Assembly: GCA_021613535.1 (NCBI GenBank)
Contig: CP075493.1
Location: 16,988,001-17,052,000 of the forward strand
Length of the DNA: 64,000 nt
From: Adineta vaga
Taxonomy: Eukaryota > Animalia > Rotifera
Direction: 5' to 3'
Each line of letters begins with the position of its first letter. Position 1 is the stretch's first letter. The notes under the pieces are model-generated. The model was given only the letters and a program-made list of their open reading frames with translations, ran no database searches and had not been told where the DNA came from. A program made the translations under genes and the position numbers. Of this stretch, positions 14,701 to 27,544 are shown piece by piece.

Positions 14701-14870
14701 TTGGTTCAAACAATAAAATGTATATGTACGTTGGATATTACGGGCCAGATAGTTCGCCGTGTGGTGTACATCAATTAACAAGACAGCCTTTTATTGGAGC
14801 CATTGATGAGCTACGAATTTACACACGAGAACTGAGTGATTCGGATGTTTGGGTGCTTGCTAACCAATGA
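5701..14870 (+). CDS. Large multi-exon type II membrane protein: N-terminal TM, ~19 Cys-rich 'C.DG..NG.ETD.DCGG.C..C' repeats, two C-terminal LamG/ConA-like domains
   Basis: ATG at 5701 (MSFISRYVERLMGH), TM exon (VLAICFILMVLGIIAGVIVLSLLSLYL), repeat exons ~6963-10996 each flanked by phase-1 GT-AG introns, long intron ~10997-13331, LamG exons with FTIEAWIYP, WMHVAFVFD, WTHIVQTY, GAIDELRIYTRELS; stop at 14870. The join across the long intron is inferred. Confidence 0.75.
8395..10996 (+). repeat. Tandem array of a ~405-408 bp two-exon/two-intron unit
   Basis: Units start near 8395, 8800, 9204, 9612, 10020, 10428 and 10836. Segments ~9770-10020 and ~10178-10428 are nearly identical including introns (offset 408). 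Confidence 0.9.
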
Positions 14871-15911
14871 TTTTCATACAACATGAAGTGACAAGAAACA
14901 AAAATAGAAAACGAACATATTACTTTTTGCGAGCTGAATTGTTTTTGATTGAAAATAAAATATTCAATTATTTAAGAGATTTACTTTCTAATTAATAGCA
15001 AAATATATCCTATAGATAGAAATGAAAGTTTGAATATTAATTTCATAGAATGATTACAAATCTTGTAGAAAAACGAAAGGTGTGGATGTATTCGCGAGAA
15101 ATGAAATTTCAACTCGAAGCGTAAGGCTTTTCAGGTTCGAACTGAAGTTGTGATTGAGTTGGAGCGAGAATTGTTAGGAGACGAGTGAATTTGGAATGCT
15201 ACATAGTATAAGTTGTTCTATTTTAGATATGCGCGACAGGATATGTTGTGATATAATGGAAAAATTTCAAGAACAACCTTCTGTGGGTCTCCTTTCATTT
15301 TCTGACATATGAAGTTTTCAGCCTGGAAGGTTCTTGACTATCACCGGGTACCTCCGCTATTAGAGATATAATTTGGAACTTTTCTTTCCACACGATTTCA
15401 ATATCTTACTGAAAAGAAAATTATGGTGTCATAAATTTTGAGATTATTCTATTAGATGGAAAAATTTATGTTCATTTTATACTCTTTCTAATAAAAATTA
15501 AATTGTTTCTAATTATATCATAAATTCTCATCCACTTACTACCGAGGTTTGAATTTATTGCATTAACACGAATACTATCAATTATTTCCTTGACAGAAAG
15601 CGAATTTCATTGATTATGATTAATGATTTTTCAAAGTTTCCATACTGAGTTTAGATCATGTACTCAACTGACTTTTCTGGATTCGAAATACAAATGTCGA
15701 CAACTGATGACACTTATCGATAATCTATTTGAATAGTATGATATATTCGATTTTGTTTCACTTCCACATTTTATATTTTTCGCTAAACTAGAACTGATTT
15801 ACATAATATCTGCAGATTTTTTTGTTTTCTGGTCTGAGCCCAGTTTTTCTCCATATTTTCGATGCTAATTTTTTTAGACTCGATCGTTTCCAATTTACAT
15901 AATATTCAATC

Positions 15912-16853
15912 ATGAATATGGATAGTATTAGTAACAATCAATTTCCTCCTGCTATTCATACAAATGAAAAACTGATCATTTGAATTATTGGTTCATCTGG
16001 TAATATTGCGGTCGTGGAATATTAGATGCGTTTCAATATTCTACTTCCTTTCAGACTGCAATCAACAATAATTTACTGGAAATGATCAATCTATTGAGAT
16101 AGTTTTTGCTGGAGCCAATTGTTTATTTTTACAAACTGGTTATTTTATCAAATCAATTCTACAAAAGCAAAACTCTTATTGATTATGCTAAAGCTGTTTA
16201 TGTTGAATTTATTTTACATGGATGTGTATTAACATAAGATAATACCATCAATGAAAGTTTTGCTTTTCATATTCTTATTGAAAAATATATTGAATATTTA
16301 AGTTTTAAATATTGTCATTTACATATCCACCTATATATATGCAAGTATTAATTGGATATGCCAGAGAAAAAGTGGTTGATTTGAAGAAAAAACAAGTCGA
16401 ATTGTATTGAACATCTGATTATTTGTTAATATGGATTGATTGTAATGATGTGGGAAAAGTAGCTGCATCGATATTATGCGATTATCATTCATATCTGAGC
16501 AAAATTTATCGACTAACAGCGGATCAAGTTACAATGAAACAAGTAACAAGATTGTTCTCAAAAGAATTTCAGATGGATTTGAAATATAATTATATCAATG
16601 CTGAACATTGGGCGAATTTAACGTGTAATAAAATATTTGAAATTAAAGAAATATCTAATCAAGATAAGTTTAGTCAATGTAATTATGTTCATTCTACTAA
16701 ACAAGCTTTTCTTCGACATAATAATAATAATACATTTGATGAAAAATGAAAAATTTATCTGAATTTTGATTATTTATTAAATTATTATCATTGGAATAAA
16801 ACTGAAAATAAATTAGAAGAATTTATCAAAAATAATCGAGACATTTTTCTTTA
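15912..16853 (+). pseudogene. NmrA-like NAD(P)-binding Rossmann-fold pseudogene
   Basis: N-terminal I*IIGSSGNIA (damaged GxxGxxG) and C-terminal WIDCNDVGKVAASIL...IYRLTAD...MKQVTRLFSK. Multiple stops and frameshifts; no obvious introns. Confidence 0.7.
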
Positions 16854-17446
16854 AATATTACTAAACATCATCTTATGAATTGTAAACAATATTTTTACAG
16901 TATTTCATAGATTTTACTAAAACCTATTGTTCTTGTTATTTTCACTAATTAATATCAATTTATACAATCATAATCAAATATATACTTCACCTAATTGTAC
17001 ACCATTACCAAGACGAATAATATTTAATACATTTTCATCAGTATATGTGTAACTTTCAATTAAATTCATATTTTTCATTAAAAAAAAGTTGTGGATCATC
17101 TCAAATAATCGTATCCAGTTTTCGTTATATCATATAATGATATGTAAAATTCAACGAGTCATTATATTATTTATTTATGACATTTATTCAAATAAGTTAT
17201 CTTTTACGTTGTATGTGACATTGAGAAATAAATATTTATCTATCGAGAAAGTAGTTTTAAGAAAGAACTTATTTTTATTGTATTTAACTAAATGTCAAGT
17301 CAAATAGAATATGCAAGAAAAACGAAGTTATTCTCAGTTTTTCACTGAAACTTATCGATCAATCAATTGGTATAGTATCATCGTTGATTTAAGATTGTCT
17401 ATTTCTTCATTATTACTTTATCAATTTTACTAATTATTTTGTCCCT

Positions 17447-17467
17447 ATGATGGAGTGTGAGTGTGAA
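17447..17467 (+). repeat. Half cassette (G-rich arm only)
   Basis: ATGATGGAGTGTGAGTGTGA immediately before the kelch remnant; no matching C-rich arm. Confidence 0.35.
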
Positions 17468-17499
17468 TAAGACGATGATTAGAAATTATTCTTTTTATA

Positions 17500-18130
17500 G
17501 TATGATCTCGTACTGATAAGATTAACAATACATGACGAGGATATAAAGCATCTGTTTTAAAAAATGATATCATATTAGTTGCTGGTGAAATTGGTCATAA
17601 TGGTTTTATTCATAGTTTGGAATTATATGATCCGTCGATAGGAACTTCGATAATGATGAATAAAATGAATTATGTACGATGTAATCATACTATATCTATA
17701 CTATATCAGATAGAAAAATATTATTTACTGGTGGACCTAATAATTTAAGTAATAGTTTTTGAATAGTGCAGAATTATTCGATGTATTAATAAAAACATGA
17801 ACATTAACGATAGTACGATGAATTATCCTTGACAGAAACATTGAGCATCGATGGTACTTAATGGAAATGTATTGATCACAGGTGGAATAAATGCAAATGA
17901 TAGTCTCAATACAAGTGAAATATATGATCCGTTAACAAGAAAATAGAAGATTTATGCTAAAATGAATGACAGACGATCATCTTATGCTGTAGTCGAATAC
18001 TTAATTGGAGATTCCTTCGTTTTAGATGGATATATGTATCCAATAGCAACAATCTTAGCAAAATAGGAATAGCTATTATCTACTGATGGATGAAGTAACG
18101 ATATAGTATAATCTTCTAGATAGTTATTGA
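17500..18130 (+). pseudogene. Kelch-repeat protein remnant
   Basis: Fragments such as KASVLKNDIILVAGEIG...SLELYDPSIG and ASMVLNGNVLITGGINANDSLNTSEIYDPLT, broken by stops and frameshifts. Confidence 0.75.
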
Positions 18131-19018
18131 GTCATATATTCCATCAACAGATTTTTATTCTTTTAAATAATTATCGATCATTTCGATATCACATAATTCT
18201 TTTGTTAATTAATCATTAGAAAAATATTATGATGATATAATTTCAAAATAGAAACCTTATGAAAATTGATCAAAACATAAATTTTATGTGAAAAGAACAT
18301 CAAATTCCTCAAAAAGAATTTCATCATACAAATAGATTTTTTATTTTAGTAATACGAATTTTACAATCGAATATATAGTTTGAATTAATTATTATAAGAA
18401 ATTTTGAAATGAAATCATCGAAGAAAATTATCATTAAAATAATTATGTAATTCATCTTTTATCCGCAATGTCATATCTAATGCTGTTGAATTAAAGATTG
18501 TATTTTCAGATCTATGAAGACATTCAGGAACAAAATGAGGTATAGAAAATAAATACATATCATTAAGATTTCATTTCTAATGTTAATTTAAGAATCTTTT
18601 AAATTTAATCAAAAGTTTATTCAGTAGAACAATGTTATTTAGAAAAAATATTTCGTAGATGAAATAAAAAGAAAAAACTGACAGATGTCTATTCATATAA
18701 TTACATTGCAATACAATTTCAGTTAAATATCTGTATGTGTTTCTTTTGATTGTTTTATTTTGAGATAATATTGAAATATTAGTTTTACGAAATAATCGAA
18801 TGAATAATTTGACATTTTTATTATTCATCTATGTCAAAAGTAATTTTCTTATTTTTCTTATCAAAAAATCATTGATTATTCACCATTTAATTAACATTAT
18901 AACAAAAATAACAAAGAAATATTTATTCGGAGAAAAAAGAAACCAAAATTGTCTTTTATTTTTTACTTTAATATATAAAGAAAGAAAAGATAAATACATA
19001 TCATTTGATTTGATTGAA

Positions 19019-20133
19019 ATGATTTCAATAAGTCAATCTTTGGATTATAAACAAGATGAAAATATTCAAATAGAAAACATTTGTGATAATGAAATAACTA
19101 CTAACGATGAAAATCAAAGCAAAATTAATTCATTTGAATCTATCCATGGAATTTGTACGTCTTTCTTTTCCTATGCATTTCATCTTTTGTTTTGTTTTTT
19201 TTATTTTAAAGGAAATGTTTTCGTTTGAAAATATCTAATCAACTTTGTGTTACTCTCATATCTTTTCTATTTCTAATTATTTTAATGACAATTGGAATTA
19301 TGATTGTTTATCTTAATGTACCAAAACCTAAAGGTTTGTTTCTATTTGATTTATAAAATCTTTATTTGATCTTTTTTTTAGTAAAAAAAATGTCAATTAA
19401 ATTTTGAACGAACTAATTCCACTTCTATTGAATATAATTATGGTCCACAATATGTTGCTATTGGTGATTTTAATCATGATCAATGGATTGATATATGGTT
19501 ATTGCAAATTGGTTTGTTAATCAAATTGATATTTATGAAGGATTAAATGATGAAACATTTTCTAAACAATTTTATGATTCAACTGGAATCAATTCAAATC
19601 CAACAATAGTTGCTGTTAATGATTTGAATAACGATTTTCATTTGGATATTGCAGTTGCTAATTATGGTACACATTCTATTGGAATATTTTATCGATTTGG
19701 TAATGGATCATTTAAAAATCAAATAGAAATCTCAACAGGAATATCACGACCAACATCAGTTGATTTAATTGATATGAATAATGATTTATTCATTGATATT
19801 ATTATTATTAATTATGGAACTAAAAATGAAATCTATTCAAAATCGATGACTTATTCAACTGGTTATGATTCTTATCCATATTCATTAACAATTGGTGATT
19901 TCAATAATGATATTCAATTAGATATTATAGTTATTAATTATAATAATAATAAATTTGGAGTTTTATTTGGTCATGGTAATGAAACATTTGATAATATGAT
20001 TTTCTTTTCAATGCCATATGGATCTCATCTATTTTCATTTGCTCTTGCTGATTTTAATCATGATGAAAAAATGAATATTGATCTGATCAATAATGGAACT
20101 GATAATTTAAGTATTTATTTACATACTTGTTAA
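19019..20133 (+). pseudogene. FG-GAP/VCBS-repeat membrane-anchored protein, probably frameshifted
   Basis: Repeats VAIGDFNHDQWID, DLNNDFHLDIAVANYG, GDFNNDIQLDIIVINY, ADFNHDEKMNIDLIN. TM-coding exon at ~19210-19333. Apparent frameshift near 19493. Confidence 0.65.
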
Positions 20134-20663
20134 TTAGATTTGAGTTTTTTTCTAAAAATTTATCATTAATAAAAAGAATAATGATTTATTAGAACTTTTT
20201 TTTCTTCTATTTAAACACAAAATTAGAAATATTCTAATATTATTTATAAAATGAAAATCTATAATCATTGAAAAGAGAAAAAACGTTTTTTTCCTCTTTG
20301 TAATCTTTTTGTTCGAAGTTGAAGAAATAGAAATATTTCTGTGTATGTCAATAAGATTCAATTATAAAATAATTCTATTTTTAGTTGAGAAATTATATAA
20401 TTCGTCACTATTAATCTACATACAATTAAATATGTTTATATTTAATGATAATAATTATTTAGATATTTCTGACCTAGAATAATAATCATGAATATATTTA
20501 TATCGAGAAATATTTTTCATTAAAACTAAATGTACGTTACGGACAAAAATTAATTTCATTTAATGATTTTTAATAAATTCCGATTGATATAATTAATTTT
20601 GTTACTACAAATAGATTAAACTTATAGTATAAAAGTTGAAAATATTTTCTATTTATTTCAAAA

Positions 20664-21620
20664 ATGAATACAACAACACAATCTCCATGTATAGTTTTAA
20701 GTTGGTCATCTGATACAGCACATACTCGTCAACCAACATTATATATTTGTATAATTGCAACTATAATTCATACAATATTTTGGATACATTTTTTATTTTA
20801 TTCATCCGTTCGACAAAGAGGAATGTTTTGGCTTTATATTTATTTATTAACAGATCTTTTTCTTATTTTTCGATTTTTTTTATTTTATGGTCAACGTATT
20901 TCTAATGTTTGTGTTCCAAGATCAGCACGTACAATCTTATGTTATTTTGAAGCTATATCAAAAATTTATACAAATGTTATTCAAAGTTATATTCTTTTAG
21001 GTCTTAATATATGTCGTTACATACAAATTGTTTTTAATAGAAATATTTATATAAAAAATATTCGTTCACTTATTTTGGGTAATTTAGCAATTTATATTAT
21101 TCCAATGCTTAATATTGTTATTCAATTTCTTATTAATTGGACACAATTATGGCGTCAATTAGGTGGTATATGTGATATTAAATATATATCAATATATGTT
21201 CAAATATTTAATATGTTTATTGTTTATTTTATACCAGTTTGTTCAAATATAATATTTATTTATCTTTGTATTCGTTTTATAAGTTCAACTGGAAATATTC
21301 GTAATCAACAAATAATTAATAATCGTCGTAAATTTCATTTACGATTAGTTATTCAATCAATTGTATTTTATTCAGTTTGGCTTATTTTATGGAGTCCATT
21401 TGTACTTTCTTTTCAATTTATTAATGCAAATACTCCAATTGGTATTGTTACATCAATGCTTAATTATATTCAAATTGCAATAGATCCAGCTATTGTGGCA
21501 ATTATTGATATAAGATTTTATAAAGCTTGGAAAAAAACATTTACGAAAATTATAAGAAAAAGAAAACGATCGAGACAAACTCTTCCAACAATAATAACAG
21601 AAGATATTAAAAGACGTTAA
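20664..21620 (+). CDS. Orphan class-A-like 7TM receptor (GPCR), intronless
   Basis: 318 aa with seven hydrophobic segments, LNICRY (DRY-like), LWSPF in TM6, IDPAIVAIIDIRF in TM7 and a basic C-tail. Confidence 0.8.
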   Translation: MNTTTQSPCIVLSWSSDTAHTRQPTLYICIIATIIHTIFWIHFLFYSSVRQRGMFWLYIYLLTDLFLIFRFFLFYGQRISNVCVPRSARTILCYFEAISKIYTNVIQSYILLGLNICRYIQIVFNRNIYIKNIRSLILGNLAIYIIPMLNIVIQFLINWTQLWRQLGGICDIKYISIYVQIFNMFIVYFIPVCSNIIFIYLCIRFISSTGNIRNQQIINNRRKFHLRLVIQSIVFYSVWLILWSPFVLSFQFINANTPIGIVTSMLNYIQIAIDPAIVAIIDIRFYKAWKKTFTKIIRKRKRSRQTLPTIITEDIKRR

Positions 21621-21835
21621 TATTATTTAAATAACAATTTTTACTTTGTCGTCTTCGTTCGTATATCCTTAATATTTACTTTTCTCTCGATTTTGTCGTA
21701 TCTTTGTTTCTAAAAATTCTTTGTCATGAATAAAATAAATATCTTACATCATTTTTGTTGATATGACATCATTATTTGTTATTTAAAGGAGCACATGTTT
21801 GATTTGTTGTATTTTGAAATATTTTCTTGAACAAA

Positions 21836-22336
21836 ATGGGATCTACTGTTGGTACAGGTTCTGTATATACAAAGGAAGATGTCGAAATGGAAATAGCTAA
21901 TCTAACACCACGATTGCCAATAGCTGAATTAATGAATGGTGGGATTATTAAATTGCAAGGAGCAAATGGATTTTTTAATCCTAATTCACTTATTGATCCA
22001 AGTTGGTTAAAAAATGCTATGACAATAGAAGAATATCGAGAAGCTATTAATTATATTAATCAATGTACAGCTTATGCCTTTATTGGTTTGAGTAAGATGT
22101 ATTCAATAGGTGACCGACCAATTCGTGAAAACCTAAGAACACAAGCTGGAATAACAGCGGTAAACAAAATCAATCAACGTTTTAAATCTCTAGAATTCAT
22201 TTATCAACAAACAGCTCAAATGATGCCTATGAGTACGACGTATAGCACTGATCCCGTCGTTCAATCCTTTGCTCGATTCAATGGAACGAAAGGACACTCA
22301 CAAATTGTTTTTCTCTATGTCAAAATAAATCAATAG
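21836..22336 (+). CDS. Small unknown protein, possibly Erf4/Golgin-A7-like, with N-terminal MG
   Basis: Clean ORF from ATG 21836 (MGSTVGTG) with AATAAA ~40 bp after the stop. WLKNAMTIEEYREAINYIN resembles the Erf4-family core (by eye only). Confidence 0.55.
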   Translation: MGSTVGTGSVYTKEDVEMEIANLTPRLPIAELMNGGIIKLQGANGFFNPNSLIDPSWLKNAMTIEEYREAINYINQCTAYAFIGLSKMYSIGDRPIRENLRTQAGITAVNKINQRFKSLEFIYQQTAQMMPMSTTYSTDPVVQSFARFNGTKGHSQIVFLYVKINQ

Positions 22337-22388
22337 TTTCTATTTATTTCATTGTTTTCTCGCACTATGTGTATTTAATAAAGTTAAC

Positions 22389-22465
22389 TAAGGGTGTGAA
22401 TGTGGATATATGTTCTTTTTGTCTTCATGTACACTTACACACATTCACATCCACACTCTCAAGAT
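22389..22465. repeat. Telomere-like inverted-repeat cassette
   Basis: AAGGGTGTGAATGTGGA-spacer-ACACACATTCACATCCACACTCTCAAGAT, between two convergent genes. An extra C-arm-like stretch lies at ~22582-22601. Confidence 0.75.
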
Positions 22466-22663
22466 TTTATTCGATCCTTGGACGGTATTTCGATACTATT
22501 TACTAATCTTAAAGAAAAAAATCTATCTAACAATCACATTATTATTAAATTCCACATAATCATCATATTTTATTTCTTTGAAACTCATTCACACTCTAGA
22601 TATTTAAAAGTGACAAAAAATATTAAACTATGATTAATTTATGTCGAAACCTTATCCACAATA

Positions 22664-23952
22664 TCATTTCTTACGATTTCTATAAAGAGTGATAATAGTA
22701 CTACTAATACCACCAACAGCAACACCAGAAACAGCACCAGCAACTGTACCAGTAGCAGCAGTAAGAATAGCACAAGGACCTAGAACAATACCGGCAGCAC
22801 CACCCACAACCGCACCAGCAGAAGCAGCACCAAATACACCACCGGTAACAGGATTGAGATAATTCGAATCAGAATTGTCATTGCAAGGCTTCTTCGGAAT
22901 CTTATTCAGCTGACATCCATCGAGTTTTGCGTTCCTTTCTTTCTCGTTCTCACTTCTGTTGCCATGTGTCTTAATATTTTTGTATTTAACAAGCAACTCG
23001 TTCCTTGCAATGCTACAGGTTTTCTCTACTTTCTTAACAATTCCTTTTTCATCTTCAACTTTTTGCCATAATTGCTGACATTGTTTCTTCAGACCTGCTT
23101 TCTTTCCTTTATTACAAGTTTCTAACTCGATACCAACAAGTTCATGAGCTTCTTCTTCTGCTGCTGATTTTTGTTTTGTTACTTCTAATTTGAACACCAT
23201 ATCTTCATACATCTTCTCTTGGATTTTTTTAAAAGCTTCGTATTCCTCTGCCATTTGCACGATTTGAAGTTCATACGCTTGTTTGTTCTCTTCAGCCGCT
23301 AGAAATTGTTGTTTTATAGCTCCTCTCAGCATGATAAGTTCGTTGGACTTCACGATAATGTCAGTTTGTATTTGTTGCTTATTTTCATGATGCTGTGCGA
23401 TAAAATGAAGTAGTCGATTACGTACTACATTAAATTTCTCATTATCATCATAATTCAAATTATCGAGAAAAAACATGTCTTCCAACGAGATTGGTATTGG
23501 ATTTAGTGTTTTTTTAAGCAATGTAATAAATCTCCCTTCGTATGTTGGAGATCGTTTGCTTGGTATATTGTTTATGACGAACATTACAGATTTCAACGAA
23601 AACTTATAGGCTTCTTGAAGAGCTTTGAAGGCAATGATATCATCCGGCTTCGGTCGTCCATCAACCTGTGTCCATACGAACATAACAACTGATGTGGGAG
23701 ACTGTTCGAAGACTTTAATGATTTATCTTTTGTTTCGATCAACCTTGGCATATTGTATACAAGAAGATCACTTGATTCAGCATCAATTCGATGGTATTCT
23801 AGAGTAGTTGTAGCTGCTTCTCATCGAAAATCAGTTTCGAATCTTTTATAGCCAACTATCATATTGCAAATGTAAATTTTGCCTGCTCCACCATTACCCA
23901 AAATAATAAGACCATATTCTTGCTTCTTGTTTGAAAGAGCGTTTATTTCCAT
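22664..23952 (-). pseudogene. P-loop GTPase (AIG1/GIMAP-like) with coiled coil and Gly/Ala-rich hydrophobic C-tail, disrupted
   Basis: Minus strand from 23952 reads MEINALSNKKQEYGLIILGNGGAGKIYICNMIVG...FR*EAATTT (G1 box, premature TGA), then a frameshift into ORF 22664-23683 (MFVINN as G4-like, coiled coil, glycine-zipper-like tail). Confidence 0.7.
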
Positions 23953-26445
23953 CACCTAAAATAATCTATTTATTAATAAATTAATTTGTTCGATGTCGCT
24001 GGATTTGGTGAATGACCGTTTTTCTCTATAATGTCTTTTGATCAACTTTCTGATTTCATTTTCAAAGCTGAACAAGAATTGTCAAATCTATCAACAAAAC
24101 AATTTTGATGCAACTTCGCTTTGTATGCATCTTATTTACAATAAGTTTTTAGGTTTTGACGCGAATTCTTACCTCGAAGAAAATAGATAATGTTATAACC
24201 GATTTCTTTACTTTCATATATAATAAGCAGAATAGAATGAAAACGAAAATGGATTGAGTGTGTTGATTCTCATATCTTGCTTCGTACGATATTGAATTTC
24301 TTCAATATTTACCTTTAAAGAGATTGTAACAATCATGTTTTGAGGATGTGGGAGGTCGTATGAAGTGAGCGGAATATGCTAACCAACGAAATTAAACAAT
24401 CATGATCTGACTTTCTATTCTAAGAAAAGCATCAGTAGGTTGGAGCACATCCATACATAGCAATTCGAACTGTGCTAAAAAATATAATGATCAAGCAGCG
24501 TTAGTAAAGTTTAAATAATTATATATGGATGGTTTGAATTTTGCTTATAATTAGACAAAATCTGAGAGCAACTTTCATGTTCCTCATTATCCAACGGTCA
24601 TCCTACCAAATTTTATTCAGGGTTACGTGGAAACGTCTAGGAATTCCTGTAAACAAACTTTCTCATATTTAAAGCGAATCTTTTTTGATTTCTTGAAATT
24701 CTTGTTCAGCTATTTTTCTGAATTGACAATGTAGACTCTACTAAAGATTCTGACAACAACAATAGATAGGATTCGGTTATTATATTATTTGATTTTAGTA
24801 AAGATCTATTCTGCATGTTCGCTGGAGAACTCTCTGAGGAATTACATTTGTATCAGAGACAAATCTTATCACGAAAACAAACCAGAGTACGTAGAAGACT
24901 AAATTAATAAATTTTATCAAACTTCGGTCAGAATCTTAATAAGGAAATTTTAATTATTTAGCTATTTCTCAAAAATAAATCATACGAGAAAAAAATCCTA
25001 AAATAATTGTTTTTGCAGATGAAAACTGACGATTAAAAATATATTTTGTTACTATAAAGTTCTAGAAGAAAAGTCATATTTTCTAAATAAAAGAAGAAGA
25101 AAAAATGTTGTTTCGCTATTTATCTTTGAGGTTTGTTGATGGGTACTTGATAAAATAAGAGAATAATTGTGAATCTTACTACTCACTTTTAGATGACTCA
25201 TATACGGGGGGAAAATATTTTTCTCCCAACTGCTAATTACCTATTTTCGTTTCAAATCAGAAGAAAAGAAGAAAGATTGCTCTACTTTTCTTACCATTAA
25301 TGCAATGTTTGGAAAGAAGAGATTTTTTGTAATTCTCAACCATCAATAAACCAGTCACTAGACAATAGAATAAATAAGAACTATTTTCGATATTACAATC
25401 CTCTGTTGTTCATACAATAGCTGCATGTAGAGAGTAGTTATAGAAAAATATAGAATCAACTTCACTCTTGTTTATATCATCCTTTTTGGATTAGTTAAGA
25501 TCTTTACAGATTTTTGTTGAGAATTTGATGTTTTTCTGTTCAAGATTTGAATAAATAAACAATTCGTTATTTTATCATATTTAACAATTAGTTTTATTTA
25601 AATTTAATCAATATGAATAATATTTCCAGAATAAAATTATCTTTTCTTTTAGTCTTTATTTCATCGATTTGTGTCAATACAAAACATGAATTTTTATATA
25701 ATAATCAATTTGGTATTTAAAAAACATTTACTGTTGGAAACATAACGTCAGATACAATTTGGATTGCAAAACAACGTGTAAAATATAATTCATGTCATCT
25801 TATAAATTATAATTAGATCGTAATCTCATCGTTTATACGAAATCTAATGCCGTTGTATGGGATAGTAAAACTAAAAACGATGAGAATGGAAAATCATTTT
25901 GTTTGGATATGTTAGATTCAAGAAATTTAATATGAGTTGATATCGTTCAAAAAGTAATCTGACAAACAAATAATACTGGATAGTCTGATCATTATTCAAG
26001 CGTTTAGAAATCAAAATTTATTCGATTGAAAATTCATTTTCTTTATGATGATATTAAATGATCTTTAAAGAAATAAGATCAAATATTGAGGAGATGAAAA
26101 TAGATAATATTAGAATGAGTTAATTTCCTACTATATTTGATATCTTTCAAAATCTTGAATTTATAAACATTTGAAATAATAATTATTTTATCAATCGAAT
26201 TAATATAAGTATTGTCGTCATATTGCTTATAAATCAATTTCAAGTATATTTGATAAGTATGTGAAATGATTCATATTTATCATAATCAAATAAACCGTTT
26301 AAGAGAATTTAATCTTCTATTCATTAAATATTTATCTAAAAGTCAATATAATGAATCAATGTGATTCATATAAAACAATATAAATACGATCGATAGAAAA
26401 TTTTCTTTACCCAAAAGCAAAAAAACTGTCACTAAAATTTTGAAA

Positions 26446-26718
26446 ATGTCTTCAATCAATTGTTTAATTCTTCTATCAGTTTTATTTATTGCATCATTTC
26501 CATCTGGTAATGCTGAAGTTGGTACAGCAATTATGAACAATCAAACTTTGTATACATTTTTGGTATCACCTACAGATGATCAATTTTGGACTATCAATGC
26601 ACAAGGAATAGTTATGCGATGTAGCGCGACTTCTTGTTGGAAAATATCAAATTTACAAGATGTTGCAAACGGATCCAAATGCATTCGAAATGGTTGTGTT
26701 TTCATTTCTGGTCCGTAA
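26446..26718 (+). CDS. Small secreted protein, 4 Cys in mature part, unknown family
   Basis: Signal peptide MSSINCLILLSVLFIASFPSGNA, intronless ~90 aa, AATAAA at ~26773. Confidence 0.65.
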   Translation: MSSINCLILLSVLFIASFPSGNAEVGTAIMNNQTLYTFLVSPTDDQFWTINAQGIVMRCSATSCWKISNLQDVANGSKCIRNGCVFISGP

Positions 26719-26943
26719 ATTAATTGACAAATCAATAACCTTTTTGTAAAAGTATTTATTTACGATTTGGTTAATAAAAACTAAAAATATATCAATATCT
26801 TGTTTCTCTGATCAGAAATCCAACACATTTTTCTATCTATAGTAATCGTGAAAATATGAATTTATGTCAGCATAGAAGCTAAGAATTGGTATCATTTTGG
26901 GAGGGTCTATATATTTATCGGCATTGATATAGTAAATTCGGAA

Positions 26944-27031
26944 TGAAGGTGTGGGTGTAGGTGAGGTATATTTATTGATCAATCTCACTCACAGCCAAAC
27001 CCAAACCCATCTATCCCACTCTTCTTACAAG
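26944..27031. repeat. Telomere-like inverted-repeat cassette
   Basis: TGAAGGTGTGGGTGTAGGTGAG-spacer-CTCACTCACAGCCAAACCCAAACCCAT... Confidence 0.7.
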
Positions 27032-27544
27032 AAAAATTGATTAGAAAATTAAAATTAGCCTTATTGGCAATAAAAATATGCACTTATACGCAAATCATTT
27101 GTCAATAAGAAATATATCTCCTTATTCTAATGAAATTACCGTTAGACTTGCTCAAATTATTTAACCAACCGAAATAGTTCAAATATAATCATATTTAGTT
27201 GTATTAACATCTACTGATCGTTATGTTATAAGTTCATCGAATGTGAAAACATATCAAGGAAGAAATAAACGTGTTACTCTATGACTAATTCTAATCTTCA
27301 GGATTATTGTCTATCAATGATCGTTTTTTTTTAAACGATTTACGATTAGAAACGAAATATGAGAAATGTTTTGGCATTTTCAGAGATATTCTATTTCAAT
27401 GTATTTCACGCCGTTAACAAAAACACATTAACAAGAACTGACGGTTATTTTTCTTTCTTTTTGACGACTATATCGAAGCAAAATGCCTCGTCATCGCGGT
27501 TTGAAATACGTGTGTATATAAAAGAAGGAAGAAGAAAAAAATGA

